Assembly (NCBI GenBank): GCA_963828525.1
Contig: CAWHEP010000002.1
Coordinates: 320,001-384,000 of the forward strand
Direction: 5' to 3'
Length of the DNA: 64,000 nt
Source of the DNA: an uncultured Verrucomicrobiae bacterium
GTDB lineage: Bacteria > Verrucomicrobiota > Verrucomicrobiia > Chthoniobacterales > Chthoniobacteraceae
The notes under the pieces are model-generated. The model ran no database searches. It saw nothing but the letters and a program-made list of their open reading frames with translations, and was not told the origin of the DNA. The position numbers and the translations under genes are program-made. Below, in pieces: positions 21,263-32,155 of the stretch. Every line of letters starts with the position of its first letter. Within the stretch, counting starts at the first letter, position 1.

Positions 21263-23401
21263 CTACTTCTTCCTTGCGATCTTCTCCGCGCGGCTCAGCG
21301 CGATCAGGTCATGCAGGATGTTCAGCGATTCATCTTTCGCCGGGTCGACAGTGGGGGCCTTCGGCTCGTCCGTTTCGCGCGCGGGTTCTCCGTTCAGCGG
21401 AGCCAGGCTGTTCTCCGTGACGAACTCCGCTCGCTCCGGGTGCTTCCTGGGAGTTTCCAGCGTGATGAAGCACACCTTCTCCGAAGCCTGGCCTGCCGCG
21501 CGCCGTTCCGATGCCCTCTGCGCATCGCGCTGCTTGTCAGAAGCCATCTCGGCTCGGCGGGTTCGCTCATTCAGCGAAAGTCGATTCTCCGATAGCCTCG
21601 TCCGGTCGCGGGCCAGGTCTTCCCTCACGAAGCCGAATTCCTGGCTCGTCTCCACACGCGCCGCCGATCTTCCTCGAAGCTCAGAGAGAAACAGCGAATG
21701 TTCATGGTCCCTCTGAAAAACAGCGGGTTGTATCTCATCGTACGGCAAAGGATCTTTCTCCGCGATCTCTCCAGAGTTCGGCAAATCGTCAGCCGTCGGC
21801 AGGCTGATGTCTGGAGCCACGCCGCGCAGTTGGGGAGACCCGCCGGCAACCCGGTAATATTTGGCAATCGTGAGTTGCAAAGCGCCTGTCTGGCTCTTGT
21901 CCTTGGCCTTCGCCCTTATGAAATCTGACAGGTTGAGAACCGTCTGCACCGTTCCTTTTCCAAACGTCCGCTCGCCCCCCACGATGACTGCCCGCCCGTA
22001 ATCCTGCATCGTCGAAGCCAGAATCTCCGCCGCGGATGCCGTCATCCGGTCCGTGAGAACCACCATCGGCCCGTCAAAGAGCGCCGCTCCATGCGCTTCC
22101 GCCACTTCCATCTTCCCGTCTCCACTCTTCACCTGCACCACAGGCCCTTTGCCCACGAACAGGCCGCTCAAGCTCACAGCCTCATCCAGCAATCCCCCTC
22201 CGTTGCCGCGCAGATCGAGCACCAACCCGGCCACTTTTTCCTGATTCAGCCTCGTCAGTAGCCTCCGCGCGTCACGCGTGACGCTTTTGTTCCGTTTCAC
22301 CGCCGGATCCTCATCCCCGTACACGGATGGCAGCGCGAGCCAGCCCAGACGCTCCATTCCACCTCCGCTCTCTCGCTCCACCACCTCCGCCTTTGCCTCA
22401 TCCTCCTTTAACTTGATCTCCCGCCGCGCGATCTCCACCACTCGCCGCTCCGAAGGGTCGTTCACATGCTCCGGCATCAGCTTCAGTCGCACCGTGCTGC
22501 CCGCTTTCCCCCGGATCATGTCCAGCACCCGGTCGAGGCGCATCCCGTTCACATCCACAAACGGCCCATCCCCCTGCGCGATCCCGATGATTCGGTCATT
22601 CAACCTTATCCTCCCATTACTCCGCGCGGGACTTCCCGGCAGCAAATCCACGATCTTCGTAAACCCGTCCTCCGAAGAAAGCACAGCGCCGATCCCCACC
22701 ATTGAAAGGCTCATATCGCTGTTCAGATCCTCCAAATCCTCCTTGGTTAGATAATCCGAGTGCGGATCAAAACTCTGCGCCAGCGCCGAGAGAAACATCG
22801 CCAGTGTCTCCTTCCGGCTCTGCTCCCGGGCGTCCCTTAGCGCTTCATCGCAGCGCTTCTCCACCGTCTCCCGCGCCCCCTTTTCGTGTCCCGACAGCTT
22901 CTCATCGAGCATCTCTCCTTCCAGTCGATCATGCCACAGCGCGTCAGCCTCCGCCGCGTCCGCCGGCCACGGACTCTTTGCCCGGCTTTGTTCCACCGAC
23001 CGCCCGCTCTGAAAATCGAAGTCCTCTTTTAGAATCTCCCGCGCCTTGCCGATCCGCTCCTCTGCTCGATGCTTGTACAGGTCGAATATCCTGAACACCG
23101 GATCCAGATTGCCGCTCAGCACATCGCTCGACAACGCCGGCCCATGCAGCGCCTCCAGCACATCCACATCCTTCTGCGTGAAATACAGATGGTCATAATC
23201 CAGCGACTCCAGGTAGTTCCGCAAAGCCCGCCTCGAAAGGCCTTCCTCCATCTTCTGCCCGCTGTAATGCCCGTCCTGCAGCAACTGCCCCACCGCGCTC
23301 GCCACCTGCCCAGGCGTCACCTCGCGAGCCACCGCCCCCGTCACGCTCAAGACGAGAACGCTGCTGTAGAGGGCAAGGAAACGAATCGCTTTCACAGGCA
23401 A
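21263..23401 (-). CDS. prc: Carboxy-terminal processing peptidase (S41, Prc/Tsp-like)
   Basis: DPHSDY, PDZ domain, DLRGNGGG, TASAAEI and TFGKGTVQ motifs. Confidence 0.9.
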   Translation of the reverse strand: MPVKAIRFLALYSSVLVLSVTGAVAREVTPGQVASAVGQLLQDGHYSGQKMEEGLSRRALRNYLESLDYDHLYFTQKDVDVLEALHGPALSSDVLSGNLDPVFRIFDLYKHRAEERIGKAREILKEDFDFQSGRSVEQSRAKSPWPADAAEADALWHDRLEGEMLDEKLSGHEKGARETVEKRCDEALRDAREQSRKETLAMFLSALAQSFDPHSDYLTKEDLEDLNSDMSLSMVGIGAVLSSEDGFTKIVDLLPGSPARSNGRIRLNDRIIGIAQGDGPFVDVNGMRLDRVLDMIRGKAGSTVRLKLMPEHVNDPSERRVVEIARREIKLKEDEAKAEVVERESGGGMERLGWLALPSVYGDEDPAVKRNKSVTRDARRLLTRLNQEKVAGLVLDLRGNGGGLLDEAVSLSGLFVGKGPVVQVKSGDGKMEVAEAHGAALFDGPMVVLTDRMTASAAEILASTMQDYGRAVIVGGERTFGKGTVQTVLNLSDFIRAKAKDKSQTGALQLTIAKYYRVAGGSPQLRGVAPDISLPTADDLPNSGEIAEKDPLPYDEIQPAVFQRDHEHSLFLSELRGRSAARVETSQEFGFVREDLARDRTRLSENRLSLNERTRRAEMASDKQRDAQRASERRAAGQASEKVCFITLETPRKHPERAEFVTENSLAPLNGEPARETDEPKAPTVDPAKDESLNILHDLIALSRAEKIARKK

Positions 23402-23571
23402 AAGGTGCCCGAGGATATCACAACCTCACCCCGCTGACAATCCACGCCACTCCGCTCAGTTGGCAAAAATTGGTAGGGGCGCCTCGCCGAGGTCTCCGCA
23501 ATCTCTCCACGCGCCGCAACTAACCCGCGCGGTGCAAACTTCCCCGGATCCCTTTGGAAAGCGGGTGCTGT

Positions 23572-24264
23572 TTAGGGGGCTAAGGCGGGGGCGGGGAGTT
23601 CTTTGTAGCCTGACGGGATTTGGAAGTCGTTGGGATCTACGGTTGTGAAGTGGGCGGAGACGAGGGTGGTGACGGTGTGCTGGCCGTTCAGGTCCACCTC
23701 GGTCCGGATGGGGAGGCCGGGGAAATCTTTCGGGCCGGGTGCGAGGTCGGCGGTGACTCCCGCCAAGCCCGCTTGCTGGAATCTCGCGAGCTGGTTGAGG
23801 ATTCGCGCGCCGTCCGGGTACACTTTTGCGATCCAGTAGCTCATCTTGACGCTGCCCAGGTCGCTTTGAAATTCCTCGGCATCGTAGCCATTTATGCGGG
23901 CTTTCCGTCCGGTGGACTTGAGTTTCGGGCCGGCAGGCTGCGGTTTGGCGATGGTTTGTCCCTGCTGAACAAGGGCGCGCGTCGTGCCCGCCGGAATCTT
24001 CATGAAGCTGCGGAGCTCGTGTGACAGGCTGATGACGTCCCCGGTGTCCATATCGGTGATCATGCTGATCTGCGCGGAGACGTCGGCTCTGGCTTTGCTG
24101 CCTTTTATCTTCATTGTCATGTCGCCCGAGCGTCCAATAGTTTCGACCTTCTCGAGTATGATGAGATCGCTTCCGGCAGGTGACGGCGAAATCTCCGGTG
24201 AGGCAGCCAGGAGCCGCAGTTGAGCGCACAGGACGACACACAGACCGATCGAATTCCGCCACAT
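23572..24264 (-). CDS. Secreted protein, DUF4412-like
   Basis: Signal peptide; 'TGRKARINGYDAEEF', 'GLPIRTE' and 'FQIPSGYKE' patterns. Confidence 0.65.
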   Translation of the reverse strand: MWRNSIGLCVVLCAQLRLLAASPEISPSPAGSDLIILEKVETIGRSGDMTMKIKGSKARADVSAQISMITDMDTGDVISLSHELRSFMKIPAGTTRALVQQGQTIAKPQPAGPKLKSTGRKARINGYDAEEFQSDLGSVKMSYWIAKVYPDGARILNQLARFQQAGLAGVTADLAPGPKDFPGLPIRTEVDLNGQHTVTTLVSAHFTTVDPNDFQIPSGYKELPAPALAP

Positions 24265-24265
24265 G

Positions 24266-24850
24266 TCAGACAGTGGGCCGCAGCTTCATGAGGCGCATCA
24301 ACTCGCGATTTTCACGTCCGGGGTAGGTGGAGGCGGGCGCCCATTCCTGTTCAATGGAGAAGGCGGGGAGGAAGAGTTGGTCGAGCTCGCTTGAGGATAC
24401 GCCGAAGGGAGGGCCCTCCTCATCGGAGCCAGGATATAGATAGAAGACCGCGAGCAGATGACCGCGCGGCTTGAGAGTGGCCGCGACAGCAGTGACGTAG
24501 TCCAGGCGAGCAGAGGGATCGATGGCGCAGAAGCAGGTGTGCTCCCAGACCAAGTTGAAGCGCTCGCGCCAGTGTTCAGGGAGTGAGAAGAGGTCCGCCT
24601 GCTCGTAAACTTCTACGCCTGCCATCGGGAATGATCTGGCGAGCTGAATCGCCGAAGGAGCGATATCGATGCCTGTGACGTCCGCGCCTTGACCGGCGAA
24701 AGCCCGGACATCGTGTCCTGCTCCGCACCCCACCACCAGCACGGGGCCCGCGATGGGATTGTCTTGCAGATACGCCGCGAGAGCGGGATGCGGCGCGTCC
24801 TTATCCCAAGGCGTGTCCCCCTTTTTGTATCTCTGTTCCCAGTCAACCAT
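24266..24850 (-). CDS. Thiopurine S-methyltransferase-like SAM methyltransferase
   Basis: W..RY..GDTPWD, VVGCGAGHD, EHTCFCAI and GPPFG motifs. Confidence 0.88.
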   Translation of the reverse strand: MVDWEQRYKKGDTPWDKDAPHPALAAYLQDNPIAGPVLVVGCGAGHDVRAFAGQGADVTGIDIAPSAIQLARSFPMAGVEVYEQADLFSLPEHWRERFNLVWEHTCFCAIDPSARLDYVTAVAATLKPRGHLLAVFYLYPGSDEEGPPFGVSSSELDQLFLPAFSIEQEWAPASTYPGRENRELMRLMKLRPTV

Positions 24851-24993
24851 TTATGGACGGAGAGATTCTGTCGTTCGGGTTTTCATTTTTCGGGTGTATG
24901 CCGGTCTCAAGTTCGCCGCAACATGACCCTTTCCTATTTTTCGGCAGGTTCTAAGGTCTGCATTGTGCATGGAAGCGTAATCGATCAGGTCTG

Positions 24994-26748
24994 ATGAAAA
25001 AAGCTGTTGTCGTTTCGGCCGTTGTCGTGGTGTGCCTGGCAGCCTGCTTCCTCTTGAGGCGCCACGCCGCTTCCGAAGCGGAGGGGTCGAGGCTTGTGCC
25101 CGGCGAGACGGTGTTCTTTGTGGACGCGCCTGACATTCCTCGCGCGTGCGAGCGCTGGAAACAAACGTCTCTTTACAAGCTCTGGCAGGAGCCGGAGGCG
25201 CAAGCGTTCCTGGCGCGTCCACTTTCTAAACTGCCGCAAACGTTCGCCGAGGACAGCCTCAACCAGATCAGCGCGGCGCAACCGAGCGAAGCATTTTTCG
25301 CGGTGACATCCGCCACGGAGGAGATACCGAAGTTTGTAGGAGGACTGAAGTTTGCAGGGAAAAAGGAGGCACTGGACGGGCTGCTGGCTCAAGCGCGATC
25401 TCAAGCGCGCGCGATGTGGCCGGCAGGGAAAGCTGACTTGGAGAACTATGAGTCGGTGGCGATTGAGACATTCGCGGCGGACAAGCTGGTCCTGGCGGTC
25501 GCTTACGACAAGGGCTGGTATTTCGTTTCCGACGATCTCGGGCTTCTGAAGGCAACGCTGGATCGGACACATGGCAAAGCGGGGCTGGGCGAACCGCTTG
25601 CAAACGGAGCGAACTTCAAGAAGTGCATGGATCGGCAGCCGGGCGAAACAGACATGCTGCTTTTCGGTGAGTTGGAGACGATCACGGACAGGATTCTTTC
25701 CCTCCTCGCCGCCGCCGGAAAGGAAGTGCCGCGAGATCAAGCGGAGAAGATCAAGGGCGTCCACGCCGTGGCGTTCACCACGAAGCTGGAGGGCGAGAAC
25801 ATACGGGACACGGCTTTCGTGCTCGCGCCGGGAATGGGCGGGAAGCCGCGGCTCGAGAGGAAGTCGCTACAGTTAACCTCGACGAACACGCTGTTTTATT
25901 ACGCGGGATCATTGCCCGGGGAGTTCGCGCTGCCGGACGCCGGGATCGACCCGACGGGAATCCTCCGCGTGGTTGTGGCGGCCCGGGATGCGCTCAGTGG
26001 AAAAGGGTTCGGGGTTCAACAGTTCAGGGAAGCGTTTGGAACCGAGTATGGGATGCGGCTCGACTGGGCGGCGTCCGCGATGCAGCCATCGATCCTCGTG
26101 TCGATGGACGTCAAAGAAGAAGGCAAAGCGCGGCAGTTCGCGGAGGCGGTGGCGGGCGGACCTGGCTGGGCTCACCAGACGCTCGCGGGGACGCCGTATT
26201 ATGTGATGAACGCGTCTGGCATCCCGATGGTGGCTCCAGCGCTGGCTTTAAACAGCCGGTATCTTGTGGCGGGCCTTGCGTTTGAGGACGTGAAGGGATC
26301 GATGGACGCCCTCAGCGCTCGGGCGCCGACGCTGGAGACAAGCGACGCGTATAAGGCGGCGACCAGCCTGGTTTCGGATAAAGCGACCGAATTTGGCTTC
26401 TGCGATGGCAAGAAGGCGTGCGAGCGGATTTATGGGAATCTGAGAAGCGTGGCGATCTTGTGGGGGAGTTTTACGCCGAAGGTAACGGAGTATATCGAGC
26501 CTGGAAAGTTGCCAGCCACGGAAACGTTAATGCGCCACATGGGGCCGATCGTCTTCTCGGAATCGGACGCGCCGGATGGGACGCTGATGGAATCGGCGGG
26601 GCCGATCACTTTTAGCCAGGTGGCTCTGGGGACGGTGGTCCTTGGCGGAGTCGCCGCGGTCGACTGGGCGAAGAATCAGATGTTTGGACAGCCCGGGGCT
26701 CCGGCGATTTCTCTGCCCTCAGCTTCGCCTGTACCGGGCGGGCATTGA
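24994..26748 (+). CDS. Hypothetical membrane-anchored protein (DUF3352-like)
   Basis: 584-aa ORF with N-terminal hydrophobic segment; family assignment tentative. Confidence 0.6.
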   Translation: MKKAVVVSAVVVVCLAACFLLRRHAASEAEGSRLVPGETVFFVDAPDIPRACERWKQTSLYKLWQEPEAQAFLARPLSKLPQTFAEDSLNQISAAQPSEAFFAVTSATEEIPKFVGGLKFAGKKEALDGLLAQARSQARAMWPAGKADLENYESVAIETFAADKLVLAVAYDKGWYFVSDDLGLLKATLDRTHGKAGLGEPLANGANFKKCMDRQPGETDMLLFGELETITDRILSLLAAAGKEVPRDQAEKIKGVHAVAFTTKLEGENIRDTAFVLAPGMGGKPRLERKSLQLTSTNTLFYYAGSLPGEFALPDAGIDPTGILRVVVAARDALSGKGFGVQQFREAFGTEYGMRLDWAASAMQPSILVSMDVKEEGKARQFAEAVAGGPGWAHQTLAGTPYYVMNASGIPMVAPALALNSRYLVAGLAFEDVKGSMDALSARAPTLETSDAYKAATSLVSDKATEFGFCDGKKACERIYGNLRSVAILWGSFTPKVTEYIEPGKLPATETLMRHMGPIVFSESDAPDGTLMESAGPITFSQVALGTVVLGGVAAVDWAKNQMFGQPGAPAISLPSASPVPGGH

Positions 26749-26824
26749 AGGGAGCGCAGTCCGCGTTACTTTGGGGGTGGATGCGCGGCTTGCTTTGGGC
26801 GCTTCAGCGAGGCGTGACGCGATG

Positions 26825-27850
26825 TCAGGCGCTCATTTTGGCCCATCGCAACTTTGCGGACGCCGAGCGAGGGTTTTGGTTACGCTCAAGGAGGGAGGGC
26901 CTGATGACCTCTTGCGCCACAGCGGAATAGACGTGATCGCGAAAACCTGACTGTAAGGCTTTTTTCACGCGGCGGTCTTCTCCGGAGTGGAAACTCAGAA
27001 TGGCTATCCTGCCGCCCGGTTTCAGGCAAGCTGGGGCGCTGCGCAAGAGCATATCGAGCGCGGAAAACTCTTCGTTGACGGCGATCCGAAGGGCTTGAAA
27101 AACACGGCGGATAGAGATCTCTCTCTCCTCCTGGCGGAAACGCGAAAGAGGGTGGAGCAGAGCCTTTGCGAGAGCGCTGGTTGTTTGGAAAAGACCGCCA
27201 GCGATCGCCTGAGAGATCGCCCGGGCGTGAGGCTCGTCGGAATTCTCCCGGAGGACCGCTTCCAGTTCGTCCGCAGTAATATTTGCGAGAAGGCTCGACG
27301 CGGGCAGGCCGCGTTCCGGGTTCATCCGCATATCCAGGGGGCCATCGAGCTTCATGGAGAAACCGCGAGTGGGGTCGTCGAGTTGCATGGAAGAAACGCC
27401 GAGGTCAGCCAGAATGATATCGACGGCATCCAGACCTTCCGCGGCGATGGCTTTCGCGATGCCGGCAAAGTTGCTCCGGCGCGCCCGGAAAGCGGTGGGG
27501 CCGAAGCCGAGTTCGACAAGGCGGGCCGTGGTCTTTGGGAGTTCAATGGGATCGACATCGAGGCCGATCAACGTTCCACCAGGCTGCAGACGGGCAAGCA
27601 ACTCGCGAGCGTGGCCACCGAAGCCGAGGGTGGCATCCACCGCGGTCTCCCCCGGTTTGGGGGCAAGCGCTTCAAGCACCTCGGCAACCATGATCGGTCG
27701 GTGCGCGCCAGCGGGAGTTTTGCCGGAGGCGAGCACTTTTGCGATTGTCTCGGGGTTCTGGTCGTGCTCCTTATATTTGTGGGCGAATTTGCGAGGGTTT
27801 TTCCCGGAGTATCTCTCGCGGCGGCGATGAGGCGCGGGAGGTTCGTTCAC
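26825..27850 (-). CDS. rsmH: 16S rRNA m4C1402 methyltransferase RsmH (stand-alone, N-terminally extended)
   Basis: DATLGFGGH, DLGVSSMQLD, PLDMRM, FQALRIAVNEE, FHSGEDR and NPRSASAKLR motifs. Confidence 0.9.
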   Translation of the reverse strand: MNEPPAPHRRRERYSGKNPRKFAHKYKEHDQNPETIAKVLASGKTPAGAHRPIMVAEVLEALAPKPGETAVDATLGFGGHARELLARLQPGGTLIGLDVDPIELPKTTARLVELGFGPTAFRARRSNFAGIAKAIAAEGLDAVDIILADLGVSSMQLDDPTRGFSMKLDGPLDMRMNPERGLPASSLLANITADELEAVLRENSDEPHARAISQAIAGGLFQTTSALAKALLHPLSRFRQEEREISIRRVFQALRIAVNEEFSALDMLLRSAPACLKPGGRIAILSFHSGEDRRVKKALQSGFRDHVYSAVAQEVIRPSLLERNQNPRSASAKLRWAKMSA

Positions 27851-28025
27851 GGGGTAAAAAAAAATGCCGGCAGTCCTTACATTGCGAGCTGGTAGTGGGC
27901 CAAGTCGCGGTCCTGCCGACAGGTAGGGTTTGGACAGGTCGAGTCCGAAGTCAATCCTTCTTAAGACCCGTTTGAAGTCCGGCGATGGGATTGACGACTG
28001 GCGCTTAAATCTTAACATTCGCGCC

Positions 28026-28482
28026 ATGCCCTCTTCCACTTCCAAGCGCGCAGCTCAGCTTGAGAATGCATTGAATCCTGCGCGAAAATCATGGCCGCGT
28101 CACCGGGCCGCGCCGGGCGATCCTTTCCCTTCTAACGCGAGAGCATGGGCCTTTCACGGTCGAAGAGATCCATAGAAAAATGAAGGGCGAAGGCGATGTG
28201 GTGACGGTCTACCGTTCGCTGGCGGTGATGGAGGAAATCAACCTCGTGCGGCGCTGCGATTTTGGAGACGGAACATACCGCTATGAGTTCAATACCGGCG
28301 CGCATCACCACCATCACATTGTGTGCCGAGTCTGCCGCAGCGTCCGGACGCTAGAGCTTTGTGTCGTGGATGGCCTTGAACGCATGGCGCGCCAGCTTGG
28401 CTACGCGAACGTCGCTCACACGCTGGAGATATTCGGAGTCTGCGTGAACTGCCAAAAGACGGCCCGCCAGGCGATGCCTTGA
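28026..28482 (+). CDS. Fur family regulator (probably Zur), frameshifted in the 5' part
   Basis: Reconstructed R.T.PRRAIL...HGPFTVEEI...VTVYRSL...HHHHHIVCRVC...GVCVNC. Confidence 0.85.
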
Positions 28483-28576
28483 TTGCGGTGTCGGTGGCGG
28501 TTTGTTGTAACGCCCCGCTTTACGAACTCCGGGGGTGAATTCGATGGGGGTTTCCGGATGCCTCGGCGAGGAAAGA

Positions 28577-28628
28577 CGAAGTGCAACTTTGGGGATACTG
28601 GCATTACCAAGTGCAACTTGGTAACGAG
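28577..28628. repeat. REP-like palindrome
   Basis: AAGTGCAACTT twice; hairpin TTACCAAGTGCAACTTGGTAA followed by CGAG. Confidence 0.5.
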
Positions 28629-28700
28629 GGAGGGAAGAGCGATTGGGTTGCATTTACAGGTATGGACAGGGTTAACTGCGCAGGGTCACACAAATTGTTG

Positions 28701-28717
28701 TTGCAACTGGATTGCAA
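28701..28717. promoter_or_regulatory. Putative Zur box
   Basis: TTGCAA-CTGGA-TTGCAA inverted repeat about 65 bp upstream of the TBDR start. Confidence 0.6.
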
Positions 28718-28782
28718 TATACTATTTCTGCTTATCGCAACTCGGTGGCATCTATAGCGAAAATATCTGAACTCATCCCATT

Positions 28783-30926
28783 ATGACAAAATATCTCAGC
28801 CTCACCGTTTGCCTCATCGCCTGCTCACAAGTGCTGGCTCAGACACGAGCCCGGCAGCCCGGCAGCTCACCCCTTCGCCCGCCGCGACGGAGGGCGCGTC
28901 CGCATCGACAACGACGCTGCCGGAAGTCGATGTGGTTGCTCATCTTGACGTAGCCCGCAACCAGATAGTGCCGAGTCTCGGGGCAACATCGGTACCAAAT
29001 CCCGAACATCCAGATCCAGCTGCAAAGCCAGGGCGAGAACGCGACGTTCAACCAGATACTGCTTCGGCGCCCGGGGTCGTTCAGGATTCCTTCGGCCAAC
29101 TCCATGTCCGCGGGGAGCATGCCAACCTGCAATACCGCATCGACGACGTGCTCCTGCCGGAGAGCATTCCTGGTTTCGGTCAGGAACTCGAGACGCGCTT
29201 CGCCGATAACATCTCGCTCATCACGGGAGCGCTGCCGGCGCAGTTCGGTTTTCGCAACACCGGCGTGATCGACATCCACACCAAAAGCGGCGCTGCCTTT
29301 CAAACAAGCGAAGCGTCCATCTATGTCGGCAGTTTCGACACGATCAAGCCGAGCTTCGAGTTCGGGAACGTGACCGGGAAACTCAGCTCCTACGTTTCGG
29401 CAAGCTACCTGCACAGCGGCATCGGAATTGAAAATCCCACTGGCAGCAGCAATCCGATCCACGACGACACCGATCAGTACAAAAATGTTCGGCTATTTCT
29501 CATAATCTTCGATGAATCGAGCCGCTTGACGCTTTTCGTGAGCGGCAACCACAGCGACTACCAGATCCCGAACAACCCGGGCAGACGGGCGCATTCACCG
29601 ACATGGGAAGGGCAGATTTCGACTCGGCGAAGCTCAACGAGAACCAGACCGAACAATCTTCCTACGCGATCCTGACCTACCAGAAGCAAGTGGGCGATTT
29701 CAGCATGCAGGCGTCCATCTTCACGCGCTACAGTTCCGTGTTGTTACGGCCGGATGAGCGGCGATTTGATTTTCAACGGCGTCGCTGCACGCGTCGATCG
29801 AGACATCGTCACCGAAGGGGCTCGAGTTTGACTCGCAGCTACAAGCTGAATGAACAGCACACTTCGCGGGGCGGCTATCATTCCAGCGAACAGTATCGCA
29901 ACAGGATGCCAATGACCCGTCTCCGTATATCCGACAGACGCGACGGGTGCGCAGTTGAGCGACGCGCCGTTCAGAATTCGACAACAGCAAGATCATAGGG
30001 TTGGCTGGCTCTACGGCTTCTACCTGCAAGATGAATGGAAGGCATGGTCTCCGCTCACGGTAAACTTCGGGGGACGGTTTGATGTCGTGGATCAATTCAC
30101 GCACGAAAACCAATTCAGTCCGCGCATAAACGTCACGTTGCAAGCCACCCGGAGCACCGTCTTCCACACCGGATACGCGCGCTTCTTCACGCCGCCCTCG
30201 TTCGAATCGGTCACATCGCGGAATGTCACGGCCACTGTGAATACCACAGCGGCCTTCAGCAATTTGCGTAACGACCCGGTTCGCGCCGAGCGAGCGGACT
30301 ATTTCGACGCGGGGCTCACGCAGACTGTCGCCACCGGTTTTCAGGTTGGACTTGATGGTTATTTCAAGCGGGCGGATAACCAGATCGATTCCGGTCAATT
30401 TGGGGCTGCCCCAATCGAGACAGAGTTCAATTACAGACAAGGGCAGGTTTTCGGCGTGGAACTGACCTCGACATACACGCGCGAGGGATTCTCCGCGTAT
30501 GGAAACCTCGCGTTATCGAAGGCTCTGGGGAAAGACATCGATTCGCAGCAGTTCCAATTCGGAACAGATGAGCTTGCCTATATAAAGAGCCACTGGATTT
30601 ACCTGGATCACAACCAGGCGGTGACCGCTTCTGTGGGCGCATCTTATAAGTGGCAGGAAACAAAGGCGTACGCGGACTTTCTGTATGGCAACGGTCTACG
30701 ACAGGGATTTGCAAATACTGAGAAGGAATCACCTTACTACCCCGTCAACATCGGCTTTGAACAGGGGATCAAGATCAAAAGCTTTGGAACGTTCAAAGCG
30801 CGGTTCGACATCGTGAACCTGTTTGATGAGTCCTACCAGCTACGTTCGGGGACGGGAATTGGCGCCGGTGCTTCGCAGTTCGGCGGACGGCGCGGCTTCT
30901 ACGGGGGGCTGTCGTTCGACTTCTAA
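28783..30926 (+). CDS. TonB-dependent receptor (several frameshifts)
   Basis: Plug 'PGVVQDSFGQLHVRGEHANLQYRID', barrel 'YLQDEWK...GGRFD', C-terminal 'FYGGLSFDF'; spread over ORFs 28809, 29603 and 29955. Confidence 0.85.
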
Positions 30927-31094
30927 CCGGCTGTGAGCGTTGCTGGAGGATGTGGCCGAGGGCGAAGATTGAGAAGGGCGACGCGTTTCCGCTCCCCGGA
31001 GGGGGAGCATCGGGAATGCGGCTTCGCAGGAGAGGAACGCGGCCTTGCAGTTTGGGGCGCTTTGGCCGACGACTAGACCCGCAAACACGAATAA

Positions 31095-31709
31095 ATGAAA
31101 AGTAACATCGTATTTGAAACCTTCTCGCGCGGGGGACCGGTCATGTGGCCGATCCTCATCACCGCTGTCATCGCGGTGGCGGTGGTGCTGGAAAGGATCT
31201 TCTGGTGGGTGCGGGAACATGGCAGGCGCGACCTGGTCAAAAGAGAGGCTGTTCTGGAGAGCGTTGAAAAAGGCGACCTCGCGGCGGCTTCGGCTTTGGC
31301 GCGCGAGTCCCACGACGCCGTTCTGCGCGTGCTGTGGCATGGGCTGAACCACAACCATTCCTCGATGCAGGGGGCTTTGCAGGTGGCCGCGGGGATTGAG
31401 ATCGAACGGGCGGGCGGCTTCCTTGTGGTGCTGGATACCATCATCACGCTCGCGCCGCTGCTGGGGCTGCTGGGCACGGTGACGGGGATCATGCATTCAT
31501 TTAATTTCGTCGGGAACGAAGACCTGGCGGCAAGCAAGGTCAGCGCGGGCATCGCCGAAGCGTTGATCGCCACGGCCTGCGGGTTGAGCATCGCGATCTT
31601 CTGTCTCATCCCGTTCAACTATTTTGGCAGACTGGTCGAGCGCTTCCGCTTCGAGTTGGAAACGGCGGCTACGAACCTTGAAGTGATGCTCGAGAAAAAC
31701 AGGCGATGA
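31095..31709 (+). CDS. exbB: MotA/TolQ/ExbB proton channel
   Basis: GGPVMWP, APLLGLLGTVTG and GIAEALIATA motifs. Confidence 0.9.
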   Translation: MKSNIVFETFSRGGPVMWPILITAVIAVAVVLERIFWWVREHGRRDLVKREAVLESVEKGDLAAASALARESHDAVLRVLWHGLNHNHSSMQGALQVAAGIEIERAGGFLVVLDTIITLAPLLGLLGTVTGIMHSFNFVGNEDLAASKVSAGIAEALIATACGLSIAIFCLIPFNYFGRLVERFRFELETAATNLEVMLEKNRR

Positions 31710-32155
31710 AAATCCTATCTCCGATCCAGAGGAAAAAGGCGCGAATCGAAATCATCCCGCTGATCGACATCATGTTCTTTTTGCTCGCGTGCTTCATGCT
31801 CGTGAGCCTGAGCATGATCCACATGCGTGGCGTAAAGATCAACCTGCCGACGGCGGTCTCCGGGGCTCCTGAGCATCGGGCGGATTTTGTCACCATCTCC
31901 ATCGACGCCCTTGGCAGCATTTATTTTGAGAAGGAGAAGGTCGATCCCGACCAGCTTTACGCGAGGGTCAAGAATTTGTACGCGGCGAATAATGAGGCGC
32001 GGGTGTTCATCCGGGGCGACAAGGACGCGCTTCACGGAGAAGTAGTCACTGTGCTCGACAAGATACGCGCTGGCGGGATTCAGAAAGTCGGCATTGAGAT
32101 AAAGGCGGAGACCGTATCGGCCCCGACTCTGCCCAGCCCCGCGCCGAGCCCGTGA
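31706..32155 (+). CDS. exbD: Biopolymer transporter ExbD
   Basis: IEIIPLIDIMFFLL and IRGDK motifs. Confidence 0.9.
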   Translation: MKILSPIQRKKARIEIIPLIDIMFFLLACFMLVSLSMIHMRGVKINLPTAVSGAPEHRADFVTISIDALGSIYFEKEKVDPDQLYARVKNLYAANNEARVFIRGDKDALHGEVVTVLDKIRAGGIQKVGIEIKAETVSAPTLPSPAPSP

